A stretch of DNA of 64,000 nt from Diadema antillarum (lineage: Eukaryota): positions 1,612,001 to 1,676,000 of the forward strand of contig NW_027271449.1 of NCBI RefSeq assembly GCF_040938485.1, in the 5' to 3' direction. Numbering within the stretch: the first letter of the stretch is position 1; every line of letters starts with the position of its first letter. Both the position numbers and the translations under genes were made by a program. Below the pieces are notes generated by a model. That model worked only from the letters and a program-made list of their open reading frames with translations. It was not told the DNA's origin and searched no databases. Shown in pieces: positions 25,401 to 37,770 of the stretch.

Positions 25401-28400
25401 GTTACTTTTTGCACCGGAAATGCATAAATGCATGCAGTGAGTTAATGTTTTTTTTTTTTGGTTTTTTTTTTTTGGGGGGGGGAACCAAATTTTTCTCTCG
25501 GGCCACCAAAAATTTGAAATTGATGATTTTGGTGGCCCCATCGGGCCACCAAAAAAAAAAGTTAGTGTGGAGCCCTGCATTAGGTATGAGATATACAGTA
25601 TCTTGAGGCATGAGTTTTTTCTATAATTTGTCTGTCCTCTGTACAAATGAAACTTGTAAGATTGTAACTGCCGATATTTTCTTTAACGAACATGTTGGAA
25701 GAAAGGAACCAGCGGGAATCGAACCCGCAATCTACTGCTTTCTGGGTAGTGACACTACCACCAGGCTATTCCTGGTTGCCGGCAGTGACTTGATGAACTT
25801 GGAACAAATACCAAAGCTCCAAAATTTTCCGACCTTTTTTTTAAAAACAAAATGCAGATCAGCTGCTGTGATAAAACAAATTTCATTTGTACAAAGGGAA
25901 GACACAGAGACTCCAACTCCCCCGTTTTCGACGGGAGATCTCCCGCCGAAAACCCATTTTTGCAAAATCTCCCGTTCTCCCGTTTGAGATTTAATTTCTC
26001 CCGCCCTGGCTCTTTGCCTCCCGTTGGAGAGGATTTCTTACATATTTCAATCGTATGTTGAAATAATAAGCCTTAGGTAGCACCAGAGAGCATCTAGAAC
26101 CCTGTGAATTTCGCGCTTCGCACACATCAACTTTGAGTCTCCCGTTTGCTAGGGGTTTCAGGCGGGAGAATCTCCAGATCAGAAGGTGCTTGGGGTTGGA
26201 GTCTCTGAAGACAAACTGATGAAAACTCATATGCCTCATGTCTTCACCCCTCTGCTTAATAATCTCTTGCTTTCATATACGGTGTTTGTCAGCCGAAATC
26301 TATTGCTTTGTGGCACTAGTCAAATGTTTCCCTCGTGAATTCACACCTGGAAATCTTTCCTTCAGGACCTACCTAGCTGTATATTCCTGAGCCATATCGA
26401 CTGTTTGGTGCCTTTGAGGATCTTCTCAAAGTAGACCCCCGCGAAACCGCTGGAGAAACACGCCGCTAGGACAGCTACAAGGCCAATGACCTCTGAAGAC
26501 GTTGATAATTCTTTCTCTGCAGGTTTACTCTCAGCAGGCATCTGAAAATCATTTCAAGTGTGTTTGAAAAGAATGTATTAAGCTTTTAAGTAGTAACACG
26601 CACACAAAGCAACAACTTACAATGAACCACAAAATCTCTGTGTGCTGGTAAGAATGAACATAATTTTATCATCTGCAAACAATAAAAGAATTTTCAGTTA
26701 AAGTTTGATACATGTAACATTATAAACCATTAAAAAAAAAGAAGAAGAAAGAATTGTTTTCAATTAGCTAAAAAAAAAAGATACAACAGTGATATAACAA
26801 CGAAAATTAGATGGGTGATATCAAACAAATATCTAATGATGACATGACCTTTGAACGTGAGTATATTGTCTGGCCTATCACATTCAAGACTTCAAAACCT
26901 CCAAAATAGTCACATGACTACAGTGTTTCTATTAAACATTTCGCCATAAGTCTTCAGCCAAAATCATCATGATTCTGTTTTTCTCTATCATTATCACTGA
27001 GCCCATAGGAATACACTTTTTCTGTATTTTGGATGATGTGTAGCGATACAAATACCCATCACATACTTGAGCATAAACGTGGTGCAAAGACTGTGACATC
27101 CTGATGCTGAAATCATTGTGGAATTGTTTTCCAACATGTATTTCATTTGACATTGTATTTCTCCAACAGCAAATCTTAGCAGGATGGTGCATGTGGATTT
27201 ATTATAACACTCTGCACTGCTACCAAATATAGTAACGTAGACTCATTGTACATATTCAGTACATATGACTGACTTTGCCAGCACACACATGCACACACAC
27301 ACATCAATATATAATAAATGTCTACACTGTAGGCCAATACATCCCTTTTGAAACTTCATACAATAGCACTGATCAGACCTTTGCAATTAATTAATTCATC
27401 AACTACCAACAGGTGTTACCCCATACCAGATGGTGTAGCTATGCAAATATCTGATGTGGACAGTGGAATACAGCCTACCTAACTCCAGCTGCTCCAACTG
27501 TGTGTGTGTGTTTGTATGTTTACTCTACAAATTGAATGTCCTAACTGGAACATGCAATCATTGACAACTCACATAGAGAACCCTAGGACTAGCTTTGATT
27601 TCAAGACAAAGAGTTACCGGTAGCTTTTCTTTTCCTTTTCTTTTTTCTACACGTGTATACCACCCTGTATTGGCAGTCTATATTGATTGGTCTTGAAGGT
27701 TCACACACAAAAAAACAACAACACTGAAATGAAAGCAAACAAGCATCAAAGAAAATTTGAACAACTTGAGACAAATTTAAATACAGTAATGAATATTTGA
27801 ATGTAATTCCATTTTTTCACTGATAACATTCTTTGAGATCTCATCCAAGCAAACTGATATGTGCATTGGTTACATGTCTTGCAGTAATTACAAGCTATAA
27901 AATGATTTTAGGTTTCCTGAAAGAAATTAAGACTTTGGTGACATTTCTATGCACTTCCCCGTAATTATAATCAAGTGCTAACATCATGTAGTGCTCCATT
28001 TCCAATCTCTATACTAGATAGATTTGCAGACGAATATACAATCAAATTTTAATGACCAAACATGCACTTTAATTCATGTATAATTTGCATTTACAAATCA
28101 TCCCTTGCACATAGACAGGGCATGAACTAAAACAAAACTTGAAGGATTACCATGCCACTTTGGATCTACAGCTGAAATATATTTTTATGTCATTCAGCAA
28201 TTTTAGGATTATATCAGTATTCCATAATGCCTGAACTTTTGAGAGAAAATTTACTACGAGCACCAGGCTGTTTTGTGGGATGTTTAAGTCACACGCCTGG
28301 AGAAAAGATACCCTGGAAAATGTACACACTGATATTGGTCATGGATGTGTCCAAAACCAAACAAAAATCATTACCAACACATTCGTACATACCATTTCAT

Positions 28401-30255
28401 AGCAAATATTGTCGTTGTTGTTTTTTTACAACAATCACAACTTGTGATAAATGCAGTTACTACGGCAACAGCAAAGGTAACAACTAGGAGTAGTTGGGAG
28501 CATTCTTTCCAAGCCATTGGCATGGCAACAACAGTCAATGCAATTTATATGTGCACACATCAAAAATTTGTGTCTGCTACAGTGTCCCTTACAACTGAAA
28601 CTTATAAAATGCATTATGGGAAGGCTCTGCGGTCCTTGCCGAGTGGAGAATATCTTGTCCATCTGCACGGCATATTGTGTCACATGGTTCTGTACTCACA
28701 TGATGCCAGTAGGGGAATATACAGCACAGCCCTAATCAGGGGCGGATCCAGGAATTCTGTAAAGGGGAGGTGCAGTGCCAATACAAAATTATAAGAGGGG
28801 CGCTTACGACCCCCCCCCCCTTTTTCTTTTTATTTCTTTTGTTTGAATAAAAAATAAAGAGGGGGTGCGTGCCTGGTGCGCCCCCCTCTGGATCTGCCAC
28901 TGCTAATGGACCATGACTGTAAACACACCAGGCACAGAAGCATCACAAATGCATGGACTAGAAGTAACTGCATTGGAAAGAAAAGGTTACATTATATTTC
29001 AATGATGCAGTGCATCATGGGATGTCTTGAGGTGAATCATGTGACTCCTCACCTGAACCAGAGCGACTCCAGCCATGAGTAGGACCAGCGAAACCCACTT
29101 GAGCCGACTCAGCTCCTTACCCAGCATGACGACAGAAAACATGGCTGTTGTTAGAATCTTCAACTGGTATGTCACCTGCGCAGGAGAGGTTTGTGAGAGG
29201 GGCAAAGATTTCATGAGATGTCACAGTGTTGACACGTCAGGAACTAAAAACCTAATGGTCAGAATTCACAAATTCAAAGAAATTTGGCCCATGAATAATG
29301 CTAATTTTGTCTGCATAAGTGTACGTGACAGATCATGTACACAAACAAACTTCCCATAATGAATGTGAGCTGATATGTGAAATATACACTGTATGCCTAT
29401 TTTGCACTCACTTTAGTCTATGGACTACAAGTGAATTTGATTTAAACTACCTTTGTGAATTGAGGTCTATGTTTTGCAAACCACCTGTTCATACACTGTT
29501 CAATTGTCCCCTCTTACTCTATACCTTTGGTATTCATCACATTTGTGTCTGCAGTAATTCAAGCATAAAATAAAAAGAAAGTATTCTGCAAATCTATCAG
29601 AGCTTTCTTCACATGCAGCAAGTCACGAAAATTTAATGATTCCCATGTTGGCTTACATATCTCCAATATCAATAAAGTCAGAAACAACACTTCAAACAAC
29701 TTATTGTAAGAGTCATTTTGAACTAATTTGACGGTTGGGTGATGACGCATCACCAGCTAGGAACACGTTTTCCCCCAAGGTTAGAGCTTAAACAAACTTG
29801 GCATGAAAAAGCAAATGTCATTCATGCTTCATGCAAAAGGAAATGATCCATAAATACAGACAGGGTTTGGGGTTCACACTTGTTTAAGAAATAATCACGC
29901 TTGATTACAATTGCAATGCAGTCATGTTGAAGGCAAACACATTATCACGACAAATATTTATCAAAGTAAACATAGAAACTACCTGATCAAAGTAAAGCTT
30001 TTAAGTGCATCAGGCATTCTCACAAAGTAAATGGCTCGACATGTACATAGAGCATTACTTTAAAAAATAAAGTGGAACGCCCACTATCTGACAGGTTATT
30101 CATCACTGGTAAAATTGCTTTATTTTGGAATTGATCAATTATATTCAATGGAATTCACACATTACCTGGTATGCAATTATGCTTTCATGGGACCAATGAT
30201 ATTATACCCTTTGCAAGGTACCAAGGTATGTGCATCTGTGTACATGAGTGTGTGT

Positions 30256-30317
<62 letters not shown>

Positions 30318-33300
30318 ATGTGTGTGTTTTGTGAGAATATTTAGGACAAAATGTTCTCCCCCAGCAGAGAATAATTTTCCAACTCAAATCTGATTAGCAA
30401 TTTCAGCTGATGAACAATATTTTAAATGTTATCCTGTACACTTCTACGGAAGAAAACTGCTACACAAAAGTTAGTTTGTGTAGCAGTGTTGTAAAAATGC
30501 ATAGCAAATTGCAATGCGATACCAGGAAAATTATTCCCTGCCCAGTAAGGCAAACATCATGTAAATGCCACGGTAGCACCATTATGCTCCACTTCCGTAC
30601 TTGGCATCCTAAAACTGCTGGGTCAGAAACAAACTTAGAATCAATTCAATCTATCACTCCCTTCCCTCATGGCACACAATTTCTTATTCTAAACAACAAT
30701 ATGTTTGAGTAATTAACATACAAGACCACCTTCTGAGTCTGACATGAGTCTTTTCACATCAATTTTTAGGATGTGCCGTTTTGATTGATACAGATACAGT
30801 ACACAGGTATTGGATATTGCATTCATATTCATTAAACTTGACAATAGGTCCTCTATCTACTCAGGGTGAGAGACAGCTGTTTGGTCGAGAAAACTTCTTG
30901 TAGAAGACCATTTTCCTGAGCATTTTCTCTCTAGATTTTCTTTGGTTCCTTTTAAACAAGTACATGCATTTGATGCTTTCATGTCACAGTCTAGAGATGG
31001 TTTATCATACTTGCAGGTGGAATGTAAGGTATATGAGGACTCGGGCTTAATATCACAGTATTAAGGAAAAAAAACAGCTGAAAGTTTTTACAAGCCTTAC
31101 TTTTCACTTGCACTGCTATCTAACACATTAAACACTACCAGAAATCATTCTCAATTCCCTTGTTTACAGCCAAATCGGGTATACATATGCATGCAGGTCA
31201 TTATTTGAAAATTTAGGGCCTACTGTATTCTGTGTAGTTGTCCATCGTGGACTAGGGCATTTTTTCTTTCCTTAGGTCTGGGCATGTCGCTGCTTCATTG
31301 ATTGATAAGAGTAAATATTAACCTCACACTTGCAGGGCTGATGGATGGAGTAGGGTTGGGCGATAATGGCAAATATCTGCATGACTTTTAAAGCAGAGCA
31401 AATGTTTACGTACAAAATAGTCCCACAAGACACACAATATTGAACAATGGCTGGATCTTGTCAATAAACTGCTGTGATGCCAATTGCCAGTTTTGCCCCT
31501 TTTTCCCCTTTTGCCCCTTTTCCCCCTTTTGCCAAAGGGGAAGTAGCAAACCCGAGGCCAGCACTTAATAATAACTTGATCATTTGAATCCACCCACATG
31601 ACTGATATTGTATTAGGTACCTCGCTGCAATGTTTGTCATATTCCACCCCCAGTAATAATATTTGCAAAGGTATGTGTATAGAAAATGCATCCTTAATGT
31701 AGATCACACAGTTTTCAACTGATGTTCAGTTCGACCTCGATTATCCGGCTTCCTTTTATCCGGAAATCTCTATTATTCGGAAGCATTCACGCAGTGAAGG
31801 ACTTTTTTTTTCAACCAAAACTTGAGAAAAAACAGTGACTTTAAACTCAATCAAAATTTCTACAAAACTCACATGATCTACCTACAAGATATACTTTATT
31901 TTTGTGAAGAAGGGACTACAATTTTTCGCAGGCTAGCATAGATTACACCACCGTTGCGGGGTATGCTACCTGCCTAGTTGCCAGTGCACTGGGATGGCAG
32001 CTTGGACGGCAGCTATATACATTAACATTGTGTCTCCCATATTTGGCCAATTTGCTTATCCGGATGAGCGCCGGTCCCGACATGGCCGGATAATCGAGGT
32101 CGAACTGTAATGTAAAAGTGGATTTTTCGCGCGACTAATTTTTTTTTGCGCTTGGCCAGGTAAGAAGGGCTTCGTGTGTTTATAATTCCGCGGAATCAAT
32201 ACACCACACACAGGAACAAATGGCATGCAAAAACATTCGCGTCCTTTTATTTTCGCGGTACTTTCTGGTTGCGCGAAATGCGCGAAAATTTCAACACTGC
32301 TAAAATTTCCACTTTTACAGTACTCCGGTATGCTTTTTCAATGATGCTTGAACTACAACATACACCAAGTATGTAGAAAGTCTAATTTTTTGCGAATTTG
32401 GACTTCCCAACAATGTATGCATGCATGCTGCTTTCATGTCGGGACCAAAGTTAATATTTCAAGTGTTGTTGAATTCATAATAAGCATCCATCTCACAAAG
32501 TTTTTGAAAGCATAAACCCCAAGAAATATGTGGAGTAAACGGTAGTTTCCAAACCAAGGTCAAATGCTTGGTTCAGATAGGCTATATTCTGGGAAATGAG
32601 TGCCTGAGCTCACCTGGTACGTAGCAGCATCTAGATGTGACAATGCAAGAAAGAGCAGGTTGTTTTGAAGTGTATAGAGGCCCGAGGGTATTGCCAATTT
32701 GAGGGAATCAACTGGTTTTTCAATGATCTCTTCCTTTATTACTTTCAAGAAGCCTTCAATGGTCCGTCCACCTGTCACAATTGAAAAAAAAAGCAATAAA
32801 GAATGTTAATCTAAAGATACTAGAATTCTTTGATTTCTTCATACAGAGCTAGTGACAGTAAAATTAAACACGACAGCTCTTACTTGAGAGAACAGATACT
32901 TTTTGCAGCGTAACGCAACACTGTCGCTCTGACAAATACAATCCCAAAACTATTCACTGTTCTTCCAATAATCTGTGCTCATATCAGAGGCTATTAATTA
33001 AAAATTTACTTGCATTTGAAAAGAAATTCATCTCGCTGGTAGTATAAATAATGTGAATAATTCCTTTTGTCACAACCAACATAAGACGGAAAAAAATTAC
33101 CTCCGGAGACTTTTCGCGGCTAAGCTAGATGCTTCCTCAGTAGAATAATGCGATGACTGAAAATCCTTCGATTTGCGCATACACAGTGGGGATGCCCAAG
33201 GATTTGAAGTCATCCCATCATTCAACTGCAGATTCGTATAGCCTAGCCTTGAATGTCTCTACAGGTTATTCTTTTTCATCTTATTTGGCTGTGACAAGAA

Positions 33301-33742
33301 CAAATTATTTACATTACTTGCATTTGCCTTTCCAGAGGGTTGCTTTTGATAAAATCAATTTAAACACAGGCAGCAATTCAGTAAAAATTTCTGGCTAATT
33401 TTTTTTCTTTCTTAGAGACTGTCATCATGATACATCATGATACATCATGATACATGATACATGACATGATACATGACATGACATGACTTGACATGATACA
33501 TGACATTTCATAAAGGAATACATCATTGCATTCTTTCTTCCCTAACCTTCTTGGAAGAAGACTAGCACAACACAGGCACAAATCTTCATCCCCTCCGCCA
33601 GCACCACCGCCGTGGAGCTGAGGTAGCGATGTCCCCCGGACTGCACGGTCCTGGAGTAGCGCATCGTCAGGACCAAGGAGGTGGTCTGCAGGATCAGGAT
33701 CCCCAGCGACAGGTACTTGAGGTTAAAGGTCACGGTGTTCAT
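22405..33742 (-). CDS. SLC35A3: Golgi nucleotide-sugar transporter, SLC35A3 (UDP-N-acetylglucosamine transporter)-like; 7 coding exons, 330 aa
   Basis: Exons 33742-33547, 32771-32614, 29175-29053, 26541-26373, 25175-25057, 22913-22780 and 22498-22405 all have GT-AG borders and compatible phases (993 nt). Peptide motifs match the SLC35A family: [80 protein letters not shown]. The N-terminus is closer to SLC35A3 than to SLC35A2, as I recall those sequences. Confidence 0.93.
22780..22913 (-). CDS. SLC35A3: SLC35A3 coding exon 6 ([21 protein letters not shown]...DFTPT)
   Basis: Acceptor cctcag|GCA; donor AG|gtaaga; 134 nt. Confidence 0.93.
23008..23100. mobile_element. 85-bp piggyBac-type mini-MITE copy 2
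   Basis: TTAA|CCCGTTGAGGACG ... CGTCCTCAACGGG|TTAA; perfect 13-bp TIR. Confidence 0.85.
23162..23526. mobile_element. GC-rich MITE (GACCCTGTTTAC TIR)
   Basis: GACCCTGTTTACACTG ... CACGGTAAACAGGGTC, with internal GGCCG/GCCCAG repeats. Confidence 0.65.
25057..25175 (-). CDS. SLC35A3: SLC35A3 coding exon 5 (AFFGILFG...TWVVVILQ)
   Basis: Acceptor tttcag|CT; donor CAA|gtaagt; 119 nt; contains NGFLQGY. Confidence 0.92.
25255..25577. mobile_element. CAG...CTG MITE with 7-bp TSD and GGTGGCCC subterminal repeats
   Basis: TIR CAGGGCTC(G/C)ACACTAA; TSD CATTAGG at 25248-25254 and 25578-25584; truncated relative at 57767-57890. Confidence 0.85.
25703..25775 (-). pseudogene. tRNA-derived sequence (SINE head or tRNA pseudogene)
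   Basis: Minus strand shows an A-box-like TAGCCTGGTGG and an intact T-arm GCGGG-TTCGATT-CCCGC; the acceptor stem does not pair properly. Confidence 0.6.
25905..26207 (-). mobile_element. Same 6-bp-TSD MITE family, copy 2 (inverted, in an SLC35A3 intron)
   Basis: Reverse-complement match to 3614-3916 over the full length; TSD AAGACA at 25899-25904 and 26208-26213. Confidence 0.88.
26373..26541 (-). CDS. SLC35A3: SLC35A3 coding exon 4 (MPAESK...WLRNIQL)
   Basis: Acceptor tttcag|ATG; donor G|gtaggt; 169 nt; contains [13 protein letters not shown]. Confidence 0.93.
28737..28902. mobile_element. Same 5-bp-TSD MITE family, empty copy
   Basis: CAGGGGCGGATCCAG ... CTGGATCTGCCACTG; TSD CTAAT at 28732-28736 and 28903-28907. 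Confidence 0.85.
29053..29175 (-). CDS. SLC35A3: SLC35A3 coding exon 3 ([10 protein letters not shown]...GVALVQ)
   Basis: Acceptor cgcag|GTG; donor CAG|gtgagg; 123 nt. Confidence 0.93.
30248..30328. repeat. (GT)n microsatellite
   Basis: Direct reading; similar arrays at about 14638 and 34812. Confidence 0.95.
31727..32322. mobile_element. Two abutting TA-type MITEs (31727-32109 and 32110-32322)
   Basis: CAGTTCGACCTCGATTATCCGG...CCGGATAATCGAGGTCGAACTG|TA, followed directly by a copy of the 21078 family. Confidence 0.7.
32614..32771 (-). CDS. SLC35A3: SLC35A3 coding exon 2 (GGRTIEG...DAATYQ)
   Basis: Acceptor gacag|GT; donor CAG|gtgagc; 158 nt. Confidence 0.93.
33423..33506. repeat. CATGA-based compound microsatellite
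   Basis: Units CATCATGATA, CATGATA and CATGA. Confidence 0.9.
33547..33742 (-). CDS. SLC35A3: SLC35A3 coding exon 1 ([10 protein letters not shown]...VFFQE)
   Basis: Acceptor tgtag|ATG; donor G|gttagg; phase 1 out. Confidence 0.92.
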
Positions 33743-34326
33743 CTACAGCACAGAATGGTCAAACCAGAAAGATTTGATAGGGTAGTTTCATCCTCTTGAG
33801 CCGAGAGGCAAGACTAACTTGGTAATTTAGCAATGATACATTGTTAATTTGAAGAGGCTGATTAACATTGAAAGGCAATCATCAAAATATATTTTTTTTC
33901 TTTTCATTATCACTCATCTCTGCATAAACAATGATTTCTTTTCATGTTCTCACTGAAGGGCTGCCACCATTCAAACATTAGAATCAGGGAGCTTTCAGAG
34001 AGTTTTCGGAAAGATACAGGTATGCTGCTGTAAATGCAGATTTTTTTTTTTGCAGTACACATATTTCACATTACTTTTGGCTAACACAAATTCTAGATCC
34101 TGCAAAAATATCTTCACAATTTTCTCTGCACATGTTAAAAGAGTTAAATCGTATATTTTGCATTACTTTTGGCTAACACAAATTCTAGATCCCGCAAAAA
34201 TATCTTCTCAATTTTCTCTGCATATGTTCAACGAGTTAAATCATGGGCTCTGTCAGTAGTGTCTCCCTAATACGAGTGTGTGTGCCCAGTAGTATTCCTT
34301 TGAGCGCATGTGTGCGTCAATTGAAA

Positions 34327-34729
34327 TTAAAAAGTAATGGTACAGTCTGCTTGAGATGGGTTTCCAACGCTTTTTTCATGATCATTTTTTTAGATAATGA
34401 GAAACCTCTTATAAAATATGAAAGAGCATAATAATTCTTAGAGGAATTCAAAGTCTACCTGATGAATACCACTTTGAACTGAGATTTCCAATTCAAATTG
34501 ATCCTACAATAAAAGGTGGGAACCACTTTTTTTTTTTTCAAGATCGCTTTGTTTTACTTTGTTTTTGGATATCTCAGCCATTTTACAACTGATTTTCACA
34601 AAATAAACTTTGAATTCTTCTTACAATTGTATGCTTTTTAACATTTCACACAATGATTTCCGAGTATCTCAAAATATTTTAGTTAAAAGCTGAATTCTCA
34701 CCTCAACCAATACTATACTATCCCTTCAA
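34327..34729. mobile_element. Kolobok-type MITE family A copy 3 (diverged)
   Basis: Shares GATAATGAGAAACCTCTTA...AAACTTTGAATTC...CCAATACTATAC with copies 1 and 2. Confidence 0.7.
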
Positions 34730-34809
34730 GACTGGTATTTGAAACAAGAAATATAATGACGAGAAGGAACAAAAATTTCAAAGGGAGGGAAATCAACAAT
34801 TTCCCTGAC

Positions 34810-34861
<52 letters not shown>

Positions 34862-36607
34862 CACATCACACACACAAAAGAGGACCCTATAGATATATCT
34901 ATAATCTTTAGAAAGACACGGTGCCATAAACAGCAGAAATGTACATGTGATATGGGAAGGATTCTGGAATTTAGAGATGAAAAGAAAGTAGGGCGAGGTG
35001 AATTGCCCTCACAGATTCTAATGGTCCTAACAAACATCTTTACAAACCAACAGTAATGAAAACCAACAGCAATGACAAAAAAAATACAGAATTGGACATG
35101 GTTCACATCTTTAGCTTTTTAAATCTATTTTTGGATTTTTGGAACTACCAAAGTTTCTGAAGTGGCGCATGACTGATTAAAGTGTTTATTGACATCAAAC
35201 ACAAAGTAAACACATCACTTTACAATGGAAGAACCTTTCACAGCTATTTACTGTATGACATTCTTGTTGTTGTTGTTTTACATTGTAAAGTTGTGATGTA
35301 GTCTTCATCAAGGATCATCTCCTGATTTTCTCTGTAACGAAGCAGTGGAACGATTTTCTGGTGTACATAAAGGTTGTACAACTGTACATCGCGTATACAT
35401 GTATGTGTTTGCCTTTTAAGTGTGACTGACTGACATACATCTCTGAGTTTACAGAATAGAAGCATTTCAATAACCAGGATATGTATCATATCACTATCGT
35501 TTGAAAAAAAAAAAAAAAAACTGCCAAGAACTCTTTTGATTCTTTTATGCAGAAATCCCTCTTGTCTTTGGTAGCATGTACATCCCTTTAATCTTTCTCA
35601 TCTCTTTAGAAAATAAATGCAACAATTTTAAGTAATAACTACATGTGTAACTCTTGAAATCAGGCTTGTGCATATATTGATGTGCGTAGTACAGCTATAT
35701 ATGTGAGTGTGTATCTTATTTTTAGTACAAATAATTACACCAACTAAATAAAAAAACAACAACACCTATGCCCTGATCCTCACCTAAAAGTAACTCCTCA
35801 CGTGTACCAGGTGACTTTCTTGGGAACAAAGTCTGATATTTTGGTTTGTCCTAAACAAATACCTACACTAGAAATGAACTGGCTGCCCTAACAGGGCAGC
35901 TACCATTAAAATTCTTAGCTTCTTGATTGGCCTTCATCCTTTCCAAACAAAAAAAAATTCTAATATAAACAAAAACACAAACAAATCAAAACACAGAACC
36001 AAAAAGAAAAAAAAAATCAAAACTAAGCAAAAACAAAAAGCTAAAACTAAAACTCCTACAAAAACTAATACCTGGTACTAATCATAAACAGATGACTGCT
36101 AGGGTTCAAATTATTGTACATCTCAGGACATTCCCTTCCTGTTGTGACACTTGTATGCCACTCGTGCTTGTCATTCAAAAAATGTCAGCAAAATGGATCA
36201 CCCACAGAGACGGACAGATACATGTATACTTCCATCTCCCTGGATCAACCAAGGAGATACAAGGATGTACTTGGATGAACCGAAGCAATGCAATGTTTGA
36301 ATGAAACCTTGAACAAGACTACAGTTGAATGCGCGCTAATCGCTACTTCGGTAGATATATAATTATATACATCGGATATGAGATTGAAACGAGACTCTTT
36401 TGGAACGTGAGTGATTATAAAAATGGGGGCTCAACAAATTTGTTTCCTCCCAGAGGGGAGATTGGCAATTAACTTTTATCACCATGTACTGTCTATTTTT
36501 CTACTATTTGTACATCACATCACACTTCAGAGCTATTCACTACTTTCCACCTCATTTGTCACGAACAAAACTTCACTTGTCTGCATTTTCACAGGCAGCC
36601 AAGGAGG

Positions 36608-37209
36608 TTTAATTTTCCATCAGCCAAAAGGAATACGCAAAGGCTTGCTGATTCGCCGTAGACCAACATTTCATGTTCCACCATGTGTACAAATGAATCG
36701 CAGCAGCAGACATGTTACTGATAACAAAGTAATGTCCATAATATGGCATTTTCTGTTGACAGAGCAGATAGAAAAGCTCATAGGTGCCATGCTTCAGATA
36801 ATATCATATTACCTGTCCACCCCCCAAGTGACAATGCCTCCATCCTGAGTTTTGTCGACTTGACGTTTTGGAACACTTCTCGTTTGTGACAATATAGTTT
36901 AATTTTCCATCAGCCAAAAGGAATACGCAAAGGCTTGCTGATTCGCCGCAGACCAACATTTCATGTTCCACCATGTGTACAAATGAATCGCAGCAGCAGA
37001 CATGTTACTGATAACAAAGTAATGTCCATAATATGGCATTTTCTGTTGACAGAGCAGATAGAAAAGCTCATAGCCTAGGTGCCATGCTTCAGATAATATC
37101 ATATTACTTGTCCACCCCCCCCCCCCCCCCCCCCCCCCCCCCAAGTGACAATGCCTCCATCCTGAGTTTTGTCGACTTGAAGTTTTGGAACACTTCTCGT
37201 TTGTGACAA
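36608..37209. repeat. Near-identical direct tandem duplication, period 290 bp
   Basis: Copy 1 at 36608-36892, copy 2 at 36898-37209. Differences: a few substitutions, a 5-bp insertion and a C6 -> C28 expansion. Confidence 0.95.
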
Positions 37210-37329
37210 CATTTATCGCATTCACTTAGATCTCTATCCTCGTCACGAGTCGAATCAATCCACTATCAGTGATTATAGGTGGATATGAACAAGGTCAAAG
37301 TTTACTCAGTCAAAATGCCCCTGTCTTAG

Positions 37330-37770
37330 ACTGCGTTTATCATTTTTCCCTCAGTTCGAAATGGCTTTCCATACCCACTATAAAAAGTTGTTTCCAAAGC
37401 CCTCTTAATACAAATGCCTTCAAAAATAAGTTGCCTTTATCAACTCATTGCCCACACAAAAACGGGCCTTGTCACTGCGCAGCTGCATTGCATTGTTTGA
37501 CCCGAGGAGAACGGGTAATATACAGCATGCGCAGTACAAGCTTTTTCAAAACAGCTTTGCGTTTATCTCGCTTCTAGAAACACGTCTCTGGCTGATACAA
37601 CTTGTACCTGTTTCAGAGAGCACAAATTTGAGGTTTTCAAAAAGGCTTTCCAACCCCATTTACTAATCAAAACAGCTTTGCATTTATAGTAATCTCTAAA
37701 AAAAAAATCTGTGAAAGCTGTTTGGAAAACCTGTTTCTGCTGATAAAAAAGAGTTGATAAACGCACCCTT
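37330..37770. mobile_element. Harbinger-type MITE (TTA TSD)
   Basis: TTA|GACTGCGTTTATC ... GATAAACGCACCC|TTA. Confidence 0.55.

Noticed and set aside
25703-25775. Functional tRNA gene
   Set aside because: The T-arm is intact but the acceptor stem and D-arm do not pair; it is treated as a SINE head or pseudogene.
22405-33742. Naming the transporter SLC35A2 (UDP-galactose) or SLC35A1 (CMP-sialic acid)
   Set aside because: The N-terminal [24 protein letters not shown] and the short C-tail fit SLC35A3 better, though substrate specificity cannot be proven from sequence.
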